64,000 bases of DNA from the human T2T-CHM13v2.0 reference genome, Homo sapiens: the NCBI RefSeq assembly GCF_009914755.1, contig NC_060944.1. One strand, given 5' to 3'. Below are positions 35,455-47,539 of the stretch, one piece after another (positions within the stretch are counted from its first letter, which is position 1; every line of letters begins with the position of its first letter). Position numbers and translations under genes: made by a program. The notes below the pieces were generated by a model. The model was not told where the DNA came from. It made no database searches and saw nothing but the letters and a program-made list of their open reading frames with translations.

Positions 35455-37255
35455 CCAAAGCCCTGATTTCTGAATGGCACTTCTGGACCCAGCCAGGGAC
35501 TGAGGGATCTCACTGCCCTAAAGGAAAGAACACAGGCCTGGCTGGCTTTGCCACCTGCTAATTGTACAGACCAAAGACCTTGAGTGAACATAGGCAGTCA
35601 TCAGAAAGTGCATGCAGCACGACTTGAGCAAGACCCTGTGTTGTGCTAGCTTCAGGTCTAATCCAGGGCAGTCATAGTGGTGGTGGCCAGGGGTGCTTAT
35701 GTCTTTCTTCTCTCAGCTTTAGGTGGCTTAGAACAAAGAGAAAGACTCTGTATCTTTAAGAGAAAATAAGGGTAGGGAACAAGAGTCTCTGGCTAGTAAT
35801 CCAGAAAATTCTCCTGGATCTTGTTGAAGGCTGTCAAGGTGGTACTTCTCTGAGTCTGGAAGAATTACAGCATTATTGCGTATAAGGTGCCCCATAAAGC
35901 AGATATGGCTTAGATCACAACACCCAAGTCTTTTCAAATATGTCAAAAGCCTTCCCAAGAACGACAGCTACAAATAAGCACAGACAGTGAAGACTACAAT
36001 AAATACTCACCTTTTCTCTTTTTAAATTTTATTTTTTAAACCTCTCATATGGTGCTACATGCCCAATATTTTAATGTCCAGACACTGAAGAACATCTACT
36101 AGCATCAACACCATCCAGGAAAACATGACCTCACCAAGTGAACTAAATAAGGCAGCGGTGACAAATCCTGGAGAAAAAGAGATAAGTGACGTTTCAGACA
36201 GATAATTCAAAATAGCTGTATTTTTTTAAAAAAGGAAAGAAATTTAAGATAACAAAGTAAAGAAATTCCAAATTTTATCAGCTAAACTCAACAAAGAGAT
36301 GGAAATAGTTACAGCCAATTAAGCAGAAATTCTGGAGCTGAAAAATGCAATTGGCATGCTGAAGAATGCATTAGAGCCATGTAATAGCAGAATGGATCAA
36401 GCAGAAGAAATAGTGAGCTTGAAGACAGGCTCTTTGAAAATACATAGAAGAGACAAAAAGAATAAAAACAACAAATCATGCCTACAGGATCTAGAAAATA
36501 GCCTCACAAAGACAGATCTAAGAGTCATTGGTCTTAAAGAAGATGTAGAGAAAGAGGCAGGGGTAGAAAAATTTATTCAAAGGGATAATAACAGAGAACT
36601 TTCCAAACCTGGAGAAAGATATCCATATCCAACTACAAAAATGTTATAGAACATTAAGCAGATTTAACCCAAAAAAGACTACTTCAAAGCATTCAACAAC
36701 CGATCTTCCAACAATCAAACATAAAGAAAAGTTCTAAAGGAAGAAAGAAAAAAGAAACAAATAACATACAGGGGAGCTCCAACAGGTCTGGCAGCAGACT
36801 TTACAGTGGAAATCCTACTGGCCAGGAGAGAGAAGCAATAAATATTTAAAGTACTAAGGGAAAAAAAACTTTTACCTTAGAATAGGATATACAGTGAAAA
36901 TGTTCTTCAAATAAAAAGAAGAAATACTGACTTTTGCAGACAAACAAAAACTGAAGTATTTTATGAATACCATACCTGTCCTAAAGGAATGCTACAGGGA
37001 ATACTTCAGTCAGGAAGAAAAGGACATTAACGAGCAATAAATGATCACCTAAAGGTAAAAAAAATCCTCACTGCTAATAGGATACAAAACAAAACAGAAT
37101 GTTATAACATATAGCTGTGTGGTGTGCAAACTACTCTTATTCAAAGTAGGAATACTAAATAATATCCAATCAAAAGTAATAACTACAACAACATTTCAAG
37201 ACATAGCACAATAAAATATAAATAGAAACAACAAAAAGTTAAAAAGTTAAGGGAT
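35455..37255 (+). mobile_element. Old L1 (L1M) 5'UTR-ORF1 portion
   Basis: ORF1-like SRMDQAEE and DLENSLTKTDLRVIGLKEDVEKE. Ends abruptly at the GC-rich 5S spacer. Confidence 0.8.
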
Positions 37256-37603
37256 GAGCACGACCCGTCCTGAGCCGGCAGATGTGGTGGAAGCTCCAGA
37301 GCTCGGGAGCTTGCGGAAGGACTGGAGCGTGGGCGGAAGGGAGGCCGCCCCGAGAGCCGGAAGCTTAGGCAGGGGACTGAGGCCTCCGGCGCCCACCAGC
37401 AACAGCAGGGCGGCGCCACATCGGTCCTGCCCCAGGCCTGGCCGCCGGTGACGGCGGGACTCTCTGGGAGGCTGGCGGTGCTCGGGTGTAGAGGGAGACA
37501 GCTGCCCGGGGGCACGGGCGAGCGGCTCTGGGGGTCCCGGATCCGAGACCTCCGGCCCCGGGGTGGCGGTGACGCCTGCAGTCTTACTGGCGTGGTTCAT
37601 CCG

Positions 37604-37615
37604 GGCTCTTGGGGC
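37604..37615 (+). promoter_or_regulatory. 5S D-box GGCTCTTGGGGC at -32..-21
   Basis: Exact motif and spacing of the mammalian 5S upstream D-box relative to +1 at 37636. Confidence 0.85.
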
Positions 37616-37635
37616 AGCCAGGCGCCGCTGCTGGC

Positions 37636-37757
37636 GTCTAGGCCACACCACCCTGAACGCGCCCGCTCGCCTCTGATCTGTTGAAGCTAAGCAGGGTCGG
37701 GCCTGGTTAGTACTTGGATGGAATTCCGCCTGGTAATAGCGGGTACCATAGGCTTTT
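37636..37757 (+). rRNA. RNA5SP: 5S rRNA pseudogene or variant, full length
   Basis: GTCTA-GGCCACACCACCCTGAACGCGCCCG...GAAGCTAAGCAGGGTCGGGCCTGGTTAGTACTTGGATGG...TAGGCTTTT. Box A is intact, box C is altered (GGAATTCC), and a T4 terminator follows. Confidence 0.95.
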
Positions 37758-38777
37758 GGCTTCCCGCTCTCTCCCTCTTTCCCCCTTTTGTCTCCGTGCT
37801 TCCCAACCGCCCCCTGCCTCTGCTCCCCCTTGACAGCCACCGCGCCCCAGCCGAAGCCCAGGACCTCCTCCTGAAGATCCGCCACTGCAGCACCGCCAGG
37901 CAGCAGCATCCCACCTCTTCCGACACGCAGCAGCCCCACCAGGAGCCTGGCTACAACCCGGGCGGGACGGGACCGACCCTGAGGGCGCAGGCGCGGGTTC
38001 CCTGAGGTCCCGGGTGTCTTCACGCTCCCCGGACTCCAAGGCAATTCTATTCATTCATCCAGCGACGCCGCAACCGTCCAAGCCGGGGGAAGGGGCGGGC
38101 AGGGGCAGCGGGTCCCACAGACCACAGCCAAGACCTTTGCTCCAGAACCCGTGGGCTGCTTTCCCCAGGGGAATGACAATGTCTTCGCCAGCCACGAGGA
38201 AATCCGTCCCTGTGCACCCGGTTTCCCAATGCCACCGACTTCGTGTGAACTCCAGTCCTCAGGACAGGAGAGAGACCCAGGCCTCGCCCCATGGACACTC
38301 TCGGCGCCAAGGCTCCCACCAGACAAACGAGCACACTCTACAAATGTCAGGGCCCACCGCACCAAGGAGACAGAAGGAAGCAAACAAAGGAAGGACCTTA
38401 TGAAACGCACCCCCAAAGCAACCAACCAATTCAAGAAAAAAAAAACACGTCGCAGGGCTCCGTTGGTTTTCCCGGGTGGGGGGCCCTGACCCCCTGTTCT
38501 AGCCCGGCTCAAGCACCCTCCACCCCACCCCGGCCTGCTGAAAGGTGCCCTGTCTACCTGAGCAGAGCCTCCCTCTCCAAGGATCTGTCGCTGTCGCTCT
38601 ACAACTCCCTCACCCTCTCCCTTTCTCTACTTCCCCCTCCACCTCGCGCTCTACTGTGGGGCTCTCTCTTCCCCCCTCTCTGTCTCTCCTCCCCCCTTCT
38701 CTGTCTCTCTCTCTATCGCTGTCTCTCTCTCTCCCTCTGGTTTTGTTTCTCCATCCCTCTCTCCCTTGCTCTCCTTC

Positions 38778-39232
38778 TGTAGCAGGAGGAGCTGCAGACA
38801 AAACCCCTCAGACACCGAGTTGTAGAAGTAATGGCTTTATTCAGCTGGGAGCATGGGCAGACTCACGTCTCCAAAACCCTAGCTCTCTGAGTGAGCAATT
38901 CCTGTCCCTCTTAAGGGCTTACAACTCTAAGGGGGTCCGCGTGAGAGGGTCTTGATAGATTGAGGAAGCAGAGGGTACGTGACTGGGGGCTGCATGCACT
39001 GGTAATTAGATCAGAACAAAACAGGACAGGGATTTACACAATGCTTTTCTATACAATGTCTGTAATCTATAGATAACATAACTGAGTAGGTCAGGGGTCG
39101 ATCTTTAACTACCAGGCCCAGGGTGTGGCGCAGGGCTGTCTGCCTGTGGATTTCATTTCTGCCTTTTAGATTTTACTTCTTCTTTCTTTGGAAGCAGAAA
39201 TTGGGCATAAGACAATATGAGGGGTGGTATCC
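38778..39232 (-). mobile_element. LTR2 (HERV-E/Harlequin) solo LTR
   Basis: Minus strand reads ..CCACCCCTCATATTGTCTTATGCCCAATTTCTG...CTCCTGCTACA. Probable TSD CTTC at 38774-38777 and 39233-39236. Confidence 0.88.
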
Positions 39233-39719
39233 CTTCAAGCTATCTGTGTCTGTGTCTTTGTGTGTCCGTGTGTGTGTGCCCGGGTGTGGTGTGTGTGTGT
39301 CCGTGTGTGTGTGTGTGTGTGTGTGTGTCTGCGCGCATGCACCTGTGTGTATCCGTGTGTGTGTCAGTGTGGGTTTGCTCGTGGTAGTGGTGGGGTGTGT
39401 CTGGGTGTCCGTCAGCCCCTCTTTCCCAGGATGAGGCTGCCGGGGCTCTAGTGCTAGCACGGGGCAAAGCAGAGCCTTCCTGCCCTGTTGGCCACAGCGT
39501 GTCCTCGGAACAAGCGAAGATGGTGTGGGCATTGTGAGAAAAAGGGCCCGCGGGGTTGGGCCGGCTGTTCGCCCCCGGGCAGCCCTGGCTGCTCTGGGTG
39601 TGTGGGGCAAGAGGGGGCCTTGCAGGAGGGGCGGCGAGGAATCCAAAATAATTTTTCCGCGGCAAGGCGGAGGACCGACGCGGACCCCAGGACCGTGGGC
39701 CCTGGGCCCTGACGCCTCG

Positions 39720-40768
39720 GAACACACCCCGTCCTGAGCGGGCCCCTGGTGTTTGAAGCTCTGGAGCTCAGAGAGCCGGGGGAAGGCCTGGAGTGTCAGT
39801 GAGAGGGTGGCCGCCTGGAGAGTCCAGAGCCCTGGCAGGGGATGGAGGCCTCTGGTGCCTGGGCGGTCTGGCGCGTGGTCTGGCCGCCGGCGACAGCGGG
39901 ACGCTCTGGGAGGTCGGCGGAAATCGCAGCTCGGCGACTGGTGGTGCTTGGGCCTAGAGCGGGAGAGCAGCCCGGCCACGGGAAAGCGGCTCCAGGGTGC
40001 CTCATCCCAGCCTCGCGTTCCCGGGTTCGTGGTGACGCCTGGAATCAGGCGGGCGTAGCTGGACCGGGCTCTTGGGCCAGCCAGGTGCCACTGCCATTGT
40101 CTACAGCCATACCACCCGGAAAACCAGAGAGACCCAAGCTGCGGCCCGTGGGCACGCTCAGCGCCACTGCTCCTGCCACAGTGAGGGGCGCACTCTACAA
40201 CTTTCAGGGCCCACAGCACCAAGAGGACAGGGAGGAGCCAACAAAGGAATGACGCTATGAAACGCACCCCCAAAGCAACCAACCAATCAAAGTAAAAACA
40301 CGTCTCAGGGCTCAGTTGGTTTTCCCGTGTGGGCGGCCCTGCCCTCCTGTTCCAGCACGGCCCAGGTACCCTCCACCCTACCCTGGCCAAAGGGGTCCCT
40401 GTGTACCAGATAGAGCCTCCCACTCCAAGGCTCTGTTGCTCTCCCTCTCTAGCTCCCTCACCCTTTCCCTTTCTCTACTTCCCTTTCCACCTGGCTCTCT
40501 CTCTCTCAATCTCCCGGGTTCCTCTCTGTCTCTCTCTGGATCGCTGTTTCTCTCTCCTTCCGTTTCTATCTCTCCATCCCTCTGTCCCTTGCTGTCCTTC
40601 AAGCTGTCTGTGTCTTTGTGTGTCTGTGTGTGTGCTTGTGTTCCCGCACGTGCGCCTGTGTGTGTCTGTGTGTTTGGGAGTGGGTTTGCTAATGATTGTG
40701 GTGGGTGAGTCTGGATGTCCATCAGTACCTTTGTCCCGGGATCAGGCTGCCAACTCTATTGCCAGCGC
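39720..40768 (+). repeat. 5S rDNA repeat unit 2, internally deleted
   Basis: Colinear with unit 1 but missing ~610 bp that include most of the 5S sequence. Confidence 0.85.
40099..40117 (+). pseudogene. 5S rRNA 5' remnant (19 nt)
   Basis: GTCTACAGCCATACCACCC, preceded at -32 by the D-box variant GGCTCTTGGGCC. Confidence 0.8.
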
Positions 40769-42957
40769 GTGGGTGTCACAGTTGCTGTGATAGTCTCACA
40801 CACGCAGGTGTGTGGATCTCGTTCGTTTTCACGTAGACAACGAGAGTGAAACAACAGAGAAAAGAAACATCCCGTGCATCACGGCCTGACGATGGATTCC
40901 TGTTTCCTGCAAAATGGGGAGTCTCCAATATAGCCTGTTTGAAAACTGGAAAGGAGAGCACCGACACAATGCGGGTCTTCCAGGCATTCCTGGAAGTTTC
41001 TGGGACCCCACAGAGCTCGGGCAACAAACAGTCAACATGGTCACGCTTTCGGGGGGCAGAAACTTGAGCAACAGGCACCTTTGCAGAGGGCAAAGAACGT
41101 GGAATCCAGAATCACGCTTCAGTTGGCCTGAGTGTGACTCCTGTGTGGATGGGACTATCCGCCTCGCGCTCTGTTGCAGGGCTTAAGGTGGGGATATGTC
41201 ATCTGTGAAGCATGTGGATGAAAAACAGACAACCACCTGAGTCTCGGCTCATTGCTCTCTGGGGAATTCGCTCATTCCTTCAGAAACGGAATTGGTCTGA
41301 ATTGCTCCGGGATGAAGTAACCCAGGCTGGCGATCCAGAGGGCCACTGAGCGCCCCGCCGGCCAACGGGGCTGTGGGCCCGGCACTTAGCTCGCACTGGG
41401 CACCCAACATTTTCCCAGAGTGCTGGGTCCTTGTTGGTTCTGGAAGCTGTAGACCGTTTTTCTCTCTGCCTTCCATTCTCTGTTTCTTGCTCCTTTTGTC
41501 CCTGGGTCCATCCTTCCCTCTGTTCTTCCTTCCTTCCCCCGGTTTTTTCCTCCCTTTCTCCCTCCCTCCCTCTTTCTCATCCTTCTGGGGTCCGTCCTTC
41601 CACCCATCCTTTCCTAGCTCCATGCTCCCATCTCACTCTGTCTCCATTCCTGTCCTCATCTCTGCCTGCCTTCCCTCTTGCCTGGAAAGGGCAGCACCTC
41701 GGTTTGCACGGGGTCTCGGGTCTACATTTAGTTGCAAGGCGCTCCATGGTGCTGGCAAGGAGGCTGGCGGGACACGGGTTGGCAAGTGATGGTTAGCGAA
41801 GAGGCAGAGGAGTCGAGCCGCAGAAAGAACTGGCCTGGCTTCTGCCCTGGCCCAGTGTTTCGCGGACTGAGGTCTCCGCCAACCCGACTGAAGAACGCGG
41901 GGGAAAAAGGGATGAGAGCTCCGCCTGGGATAGTTAGAAATCCTAGGCTGCTGCCTGGAAACCCTCGCATGCGCAGTAGACAGCCCACCTCCCGGTACCT
42001 GGACCGGCCCTGGGATCCCCGGGATGCTCATGAGTTCTTTCTTGTCATTCTTGACAGCCCTCCTCTGTGTGGAGTCTCTCGCTGGACCTGGAACTCAGGG
42101 ATTCTAGGCAGGTCAGCTGGCAGGGAAGACAGGCCTCTCCACACCAAGCCTGAGGTTCACCGCGAAAGAGAGGCCACCGCTCTGCCCCCACCCCGCCCCA
42201 ACCTGCACATCCAGCAGAGCCCTGTGTTATTCCTGGCTGAGGAGTGGTTCCAGCAAAGCGGGCTCTTCCACGTCCTTCAGCTCCCCCAGTGGCGCCGGAT
42301 CTAGGAAAGGTTGTGCCTTTTGCTGAAACTCTGGGGTTGACAGGAGCTCATCTAACAGACTGGAGGTGAGTGCAGATGAGCACGCCGGCTCCTGGAGCGG
42401 TTGGGAGGTACCTGGATGGCTGGCATCTGTGCTTGACGCGGAGGCTTCCGGGGTCACGAGCTCCGGAGGTGGAGGTGCCCCGTCTCCGGGTTCCCACGCC
42501 GCCCTGGCGACCTGGGGCTCCAGCCCCACCACGGACTCCGGTGGGACGTGGGTGGCGCAAGCCCACCTTGCCCCTGTGACTCAGCTTGAGGGGGCCCAAG
42601 CTGTCCCACTGAGCACGCGCCCAGCAGGCCGTCGCGCTGCGCGTTCTGGTTTTCCTGTCATTTGTTGGGGTGCAGAGGCCACCAGGGAGTCTGAGGATGG
42701 GAGAGCCCCAGTTCCAGAGGAGCCAGGGCAGCGAACACAAAGCCCCGCATGCCCGGGCATGTTGGGAGAGTCCTTCTGCCTGCGCAGTCTGGCTGGGCTG
42801 GAGCAGGGGGATGGCCCTTGCTGCCTGGCTCACGAAAGCCCCCTGTGGGAGAGCCCCAGGCGCGCAGGGCATGTGGGGTGCGGGAAGCACCGTTCCCCAC
42901 GCCCCGGTGTGGGTGAACTCGATAGAGGAGGAAGGAGGGTGACACCCACCGGGGGTG
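40768..42957 (-). repeat. D4Z4-like (3.3-kb family) partial macrosatellite
   Basis: On the minus strand: the DUX4 3' half, GCATCCCGGGGATCCCAG..CCAGGTACC with a KpnI site at 41994-41999, then the next unit's 5' part (GGAATCCATCGTCAGGCC, CCTGCGTGTGTGAGAC). Confidence 0.88.
42205..42957 (-). pseudogene. DUX4L: DUX4-like pseudogene lacking both homeoboxes
   Basis: [46 protein letters not shown] and [33 protein letters not shown] lie in three separate ORF segments, with at least 2 frameshifts and 2 stops. Confidence 0.93.
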
Positions 42958-43367
42958 CTAATTAGTAACCACAGTGGCCTCAAAGAACTCAAATGAAAGG
43001 AAGACTTGCACATCTCTCACTTTAAGTCCAGAGCTAGAAATGATTAAGCTTAGTGAAGATGTAGAATTTTCATAGCTAGAGAGACGTCAACGCTTGGCTT
43101 CAAAACTTCAAAGGATGGGCTGACTCTCTTTGAGGACCACTGCAGCTGGTGACTTTGTTACAGCCAGTGCTCATTGACCACTCTGAAAATCTCAGGGCCC
43201 TTAAGAATTATGCAAAATCTATTCTTTCTGTGCTCTAGAAGTGGAACATCACTGTCTGGGTGACAGCACATCTGTTAATAGCGTGGTTTACTGAATATTT
43301 TAACCCCACTATTGAGACCTACTGCTCAGAAAAAAAAAAAAAGATTCCTTTAAAAAGCTTGTTGCTT

Positions 43368-43729
<362 letters not shown>

Positions 43730-43990
43730 TTATTGACAATTCACCTAGCTACCCAGAAGCTTAGATGGAGATGTACTTGGAAATTAATGTTATTTTCATG
43801 GCTGCTAATACAATATTTACCTTCATCCTGTGGATCAAGGAGTGGTTTTGACTTTCAAGTGTTTTTATTAATTAAATGCATTTTGTAAAGGTATAGCTGT
43901 CATAGATAGTGATTTCTTTGATGAATCTGGATAAACTGAATTGAAAACCTTTTGGAAAGGATTCACCATTAATCCTTTCATGATGTTTGA

Positions 43991-44071
43991 ACCTCCTCCC
44001 GTGAATCACAAATGTCCTTAATAGCAATCCTTAAATGCCATTAAGGACATTTGTGATTGATAGGAGGAGGT
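43991..44071 (+). ncRNA. MIR4477B: MIR4477-type hairpin (4477b on +, 4477a on -)
   Basis: Stem ACCTCCTCCCGTGAATCACAAATGTCCTTAAT / ATTAAGGACATTTGTGATTGATAGGAGGAGGT. It matches the mir-4477 precursor as recalled (not searched). Confidence 0.8.
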
Positions 44072-44807
44072 TGAAATATTAACATTAACAGGAGTTTGGA
44101 AGAAGTTGATTCCAGCCCTCATGGATGACTTTGAGGGCTCAGGATGTCAGTGGAGGAAGTCCCTGCAGACGTGGTAGAAATCGCAAGACAACTAGAATTA
44201 GAATTAGGGCCTTAAGTTGAGATGAAATTGCTGTAAACTCATGATGCAACTTGAACAAATAGGGAGTTGCTTCTTATGGACGAGCAAAGAAAATATTTTC
44301 TTGAGATGGAATCTAATCCAGGTGGAGATGCTATAAACATTGTTGAAATGACAACAAAGGATTTAGAATATTCCATAAACCTAGTTGATAAAGCAGCAGC
44401 AGGGTTTGAGAGGGTTTACTCCAATTTTGAAAGAAGTTCTACTGTTGATAAAATGCTGTCAAACAGCATCACATGCTACAGGGAAATCTTTTGTGAAAGG
44501 AACAAACTTCATTGTTTTAAGAAATTGACACAGGCACACAACCTTCGGCAGCCCCCATACTGATTAACCAGCAGTCATCAATATAGAGGCAAGACCCTCA
44601 CCAGCAAAAAGATTATGACTTGGTAAGGCTCAGATATTCATTAGCATTTTTTAGCACTGACGTATTTTAACTTAAGGTATGTACACTGTTTTTCAGACAT
44701 GCTATTAATTACTAATTAATAATTTTTACATACTCATTAGACTACAATACAGTTTAAGCATAACTTTTATAAGCACTGGGAAACAAAATGTTTATGCAAC
44801 TAACTTG

Positions 44808-45030
44808 ATTGTAACATTTGCTTTATTGCAGTGGTCTGGAACCAAACCCACACTATCTCTGAGGTGTGCTTGTAGGTTTTAGGTTGTAACATTTGCCTTA
44901 TTGCAGTAGTCTGGAACCAAACCCACACTATCTCTGAGGTGTTCTTGTAGGTTTTTGGTTGTAACATTTGCCTTATTGCAGTTGTCTGGAACCAAACCCA
45001 CAATATCTCTGAGTATGCTTGTAGGTTTTT
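44808..45030. repeat. 75-bp tandem repeat x3 spanning the Tigger1 right terminus
   Basis: TTGTAACATTTGC.TTATTGCAGT.GTCTGGAACCAAACCCACA.TATCTCTGAG...TTGTAGGTTTT occurs three times. Confidence 0.93.
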
Positions 45031-45034
45031 GGTT

Positions 45035-45330
45035 GTTCTTTGTTTTGAGATGGGGTTTCCCTCTGTCGCCCAGGCCAGAGTGCAGTGGCATGATCATAGC
45101 TCACTGCAGTCTCAAACTGCTGGGTCAAGTGATTTTTCTACCACAGCCTCCTGAGTAGCTGGGAATACAGGCATGCAGCACTATTCCTGGCTATTTCTTT
45201 AATACTATTTTTGTAGAGACGGGATCTCACTATGTTGCCCAGCTGGTCTTGAACTCCGGGGCTTAAGCAATCCAGCCACTTCAGCCTCCCAAAGTGCAGC
45301 CATTACAGGCTTGAGCCACTGCACCCAGCT
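45035..45330 (-). mobile_element. Alu (AluJ-like)
   Basis: ATGATCATAGCTCACTGCAG and CACTATGTTGCCC. Confidence 0.92.
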
Positions 45331-45355
45331 TCTCTGCAGTTCTTAAAACAAAAAC

Positions 45356-46210
<855 letters not shown>

Positions 46211-47539
46211 AGTTAAAATTAAAAGCAAAAAATTAGAAAAATTAAAACATTACAATGTGTCATATAGTTTTCAAATCACAAGACAGAAAAAGACATAATA
46301 GAAGAAACTATAGAAAACAACAAGGATAGGAATAAAACCTCAGTGATAGAAGACAGAAGACAGAAGACAGAAACGTGGAGCCCAACACATTAATTTATTT
46401 TAATCATTAGTTGTACTCATTTATAGTAATTTATATTGATTTAACATATTAATTTTGACTAAATGGCATTAAAGGAGGTTTGAGAAATTTGCATGTCACA
46501 TTCTGGTTGAGAGAACTCAACAATATTAACTCTTTAGTTTGCTGTAAATCATTTAAAAATATGCTCAAATTCCAATAAAAATTCCAAGAAAAATATTTTC
46601 GAACAAGAAAATGTGATTTTAAATCCACATAATGAACACACACGAGAGCCAATTTTATAAAATTTACTATAAGATATTTAAGGTTGTTATTACTATTCAA
46701 AATTAAACAAATCTGAAATGGCACAAAAATAAACACATTAATGAAAGAGAATAAAAAACACAGAAATTGAGTGTAATTTTATCTAGTAACAGGGTAATAT
46801 TTTAAACCGACAAAACAGAGCGATTTTTCTATTTATGATATTAAAATATTGGGTAATGATTTGAGAATATAAAATGATAGAATTGAATCATGGTCCCACA
46901 ACTTACATAAAAGTTAATTCCAGTATTAAATGTAAAAAAAAAAAAAAAAAGAGAGAGAGAGGGAGAAAAGAAAAGAAAATTAGATGTGTGTGTGTTTTAA
47001 GACCTTGAGAATGAATGAATGTCTTCTAAAATCAAAATTGCAAACAGAAACCATATAAAAAGGAATAAACCTAACGTACCTAAAACGTAAATTCTTACAC
47101 ATTTCAACACCAGGTAAATAGCACAAAACAAACTGGGGACATTTTTACAACAATTATGCTACATGAAAGTTAAAATCATTATGACATATACAATGTATAA
47201 AACAGTATTATTACCACTATTATTAATACCATTATGATTACCTGGTCTTCCCACGCACCAGTCCTCTTTTGGTTCCCTGTGGTGAAACAGAGCCCTCCCT
47301 CTCTGGCCACAGTGAGGGATCCAGCATGAACCCTGCCTAAGCCCTCAGAGGGTGTGAGCCAAGCCAGGACATCACATTCCCTCCTGCAATGATGCAGATA
47401 CCCACTCATGACAGAGATTTGGTCCCTCTCTGGAAAAGTTGTGTAACAATTATTGCAGAAACTTGTTTCTTATGTTCCCAGACACATGGAGAAAGTTGGT
47501 CTGGAAGACTGATGTCCACATGCTAAGAGCAGTCACTTA

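Larger units (their letters stand above)
37256..39719 (+). repeat. 5S rDNA repeat unit 1 (genomic copy with spacer)
   Basis: GC-rich upstream spacer, 5S sequence, CT-rich tract and (GT)n tract. Colinear with 39720-40768 at a 2463-bp offset. Confidence 0.85.

Noticed and set aside
39173-40423. 416-aa minus-strand ORF
   Set aside because: Runs across the GC-rich 5S spacer, (GT)n and LTR2; most likely a chance open frame.
44267-44563. 98-aa ORF
   Set aside because: Internal Tigger1 sequence; the transposase region is deleted and interrupted by an Alu.
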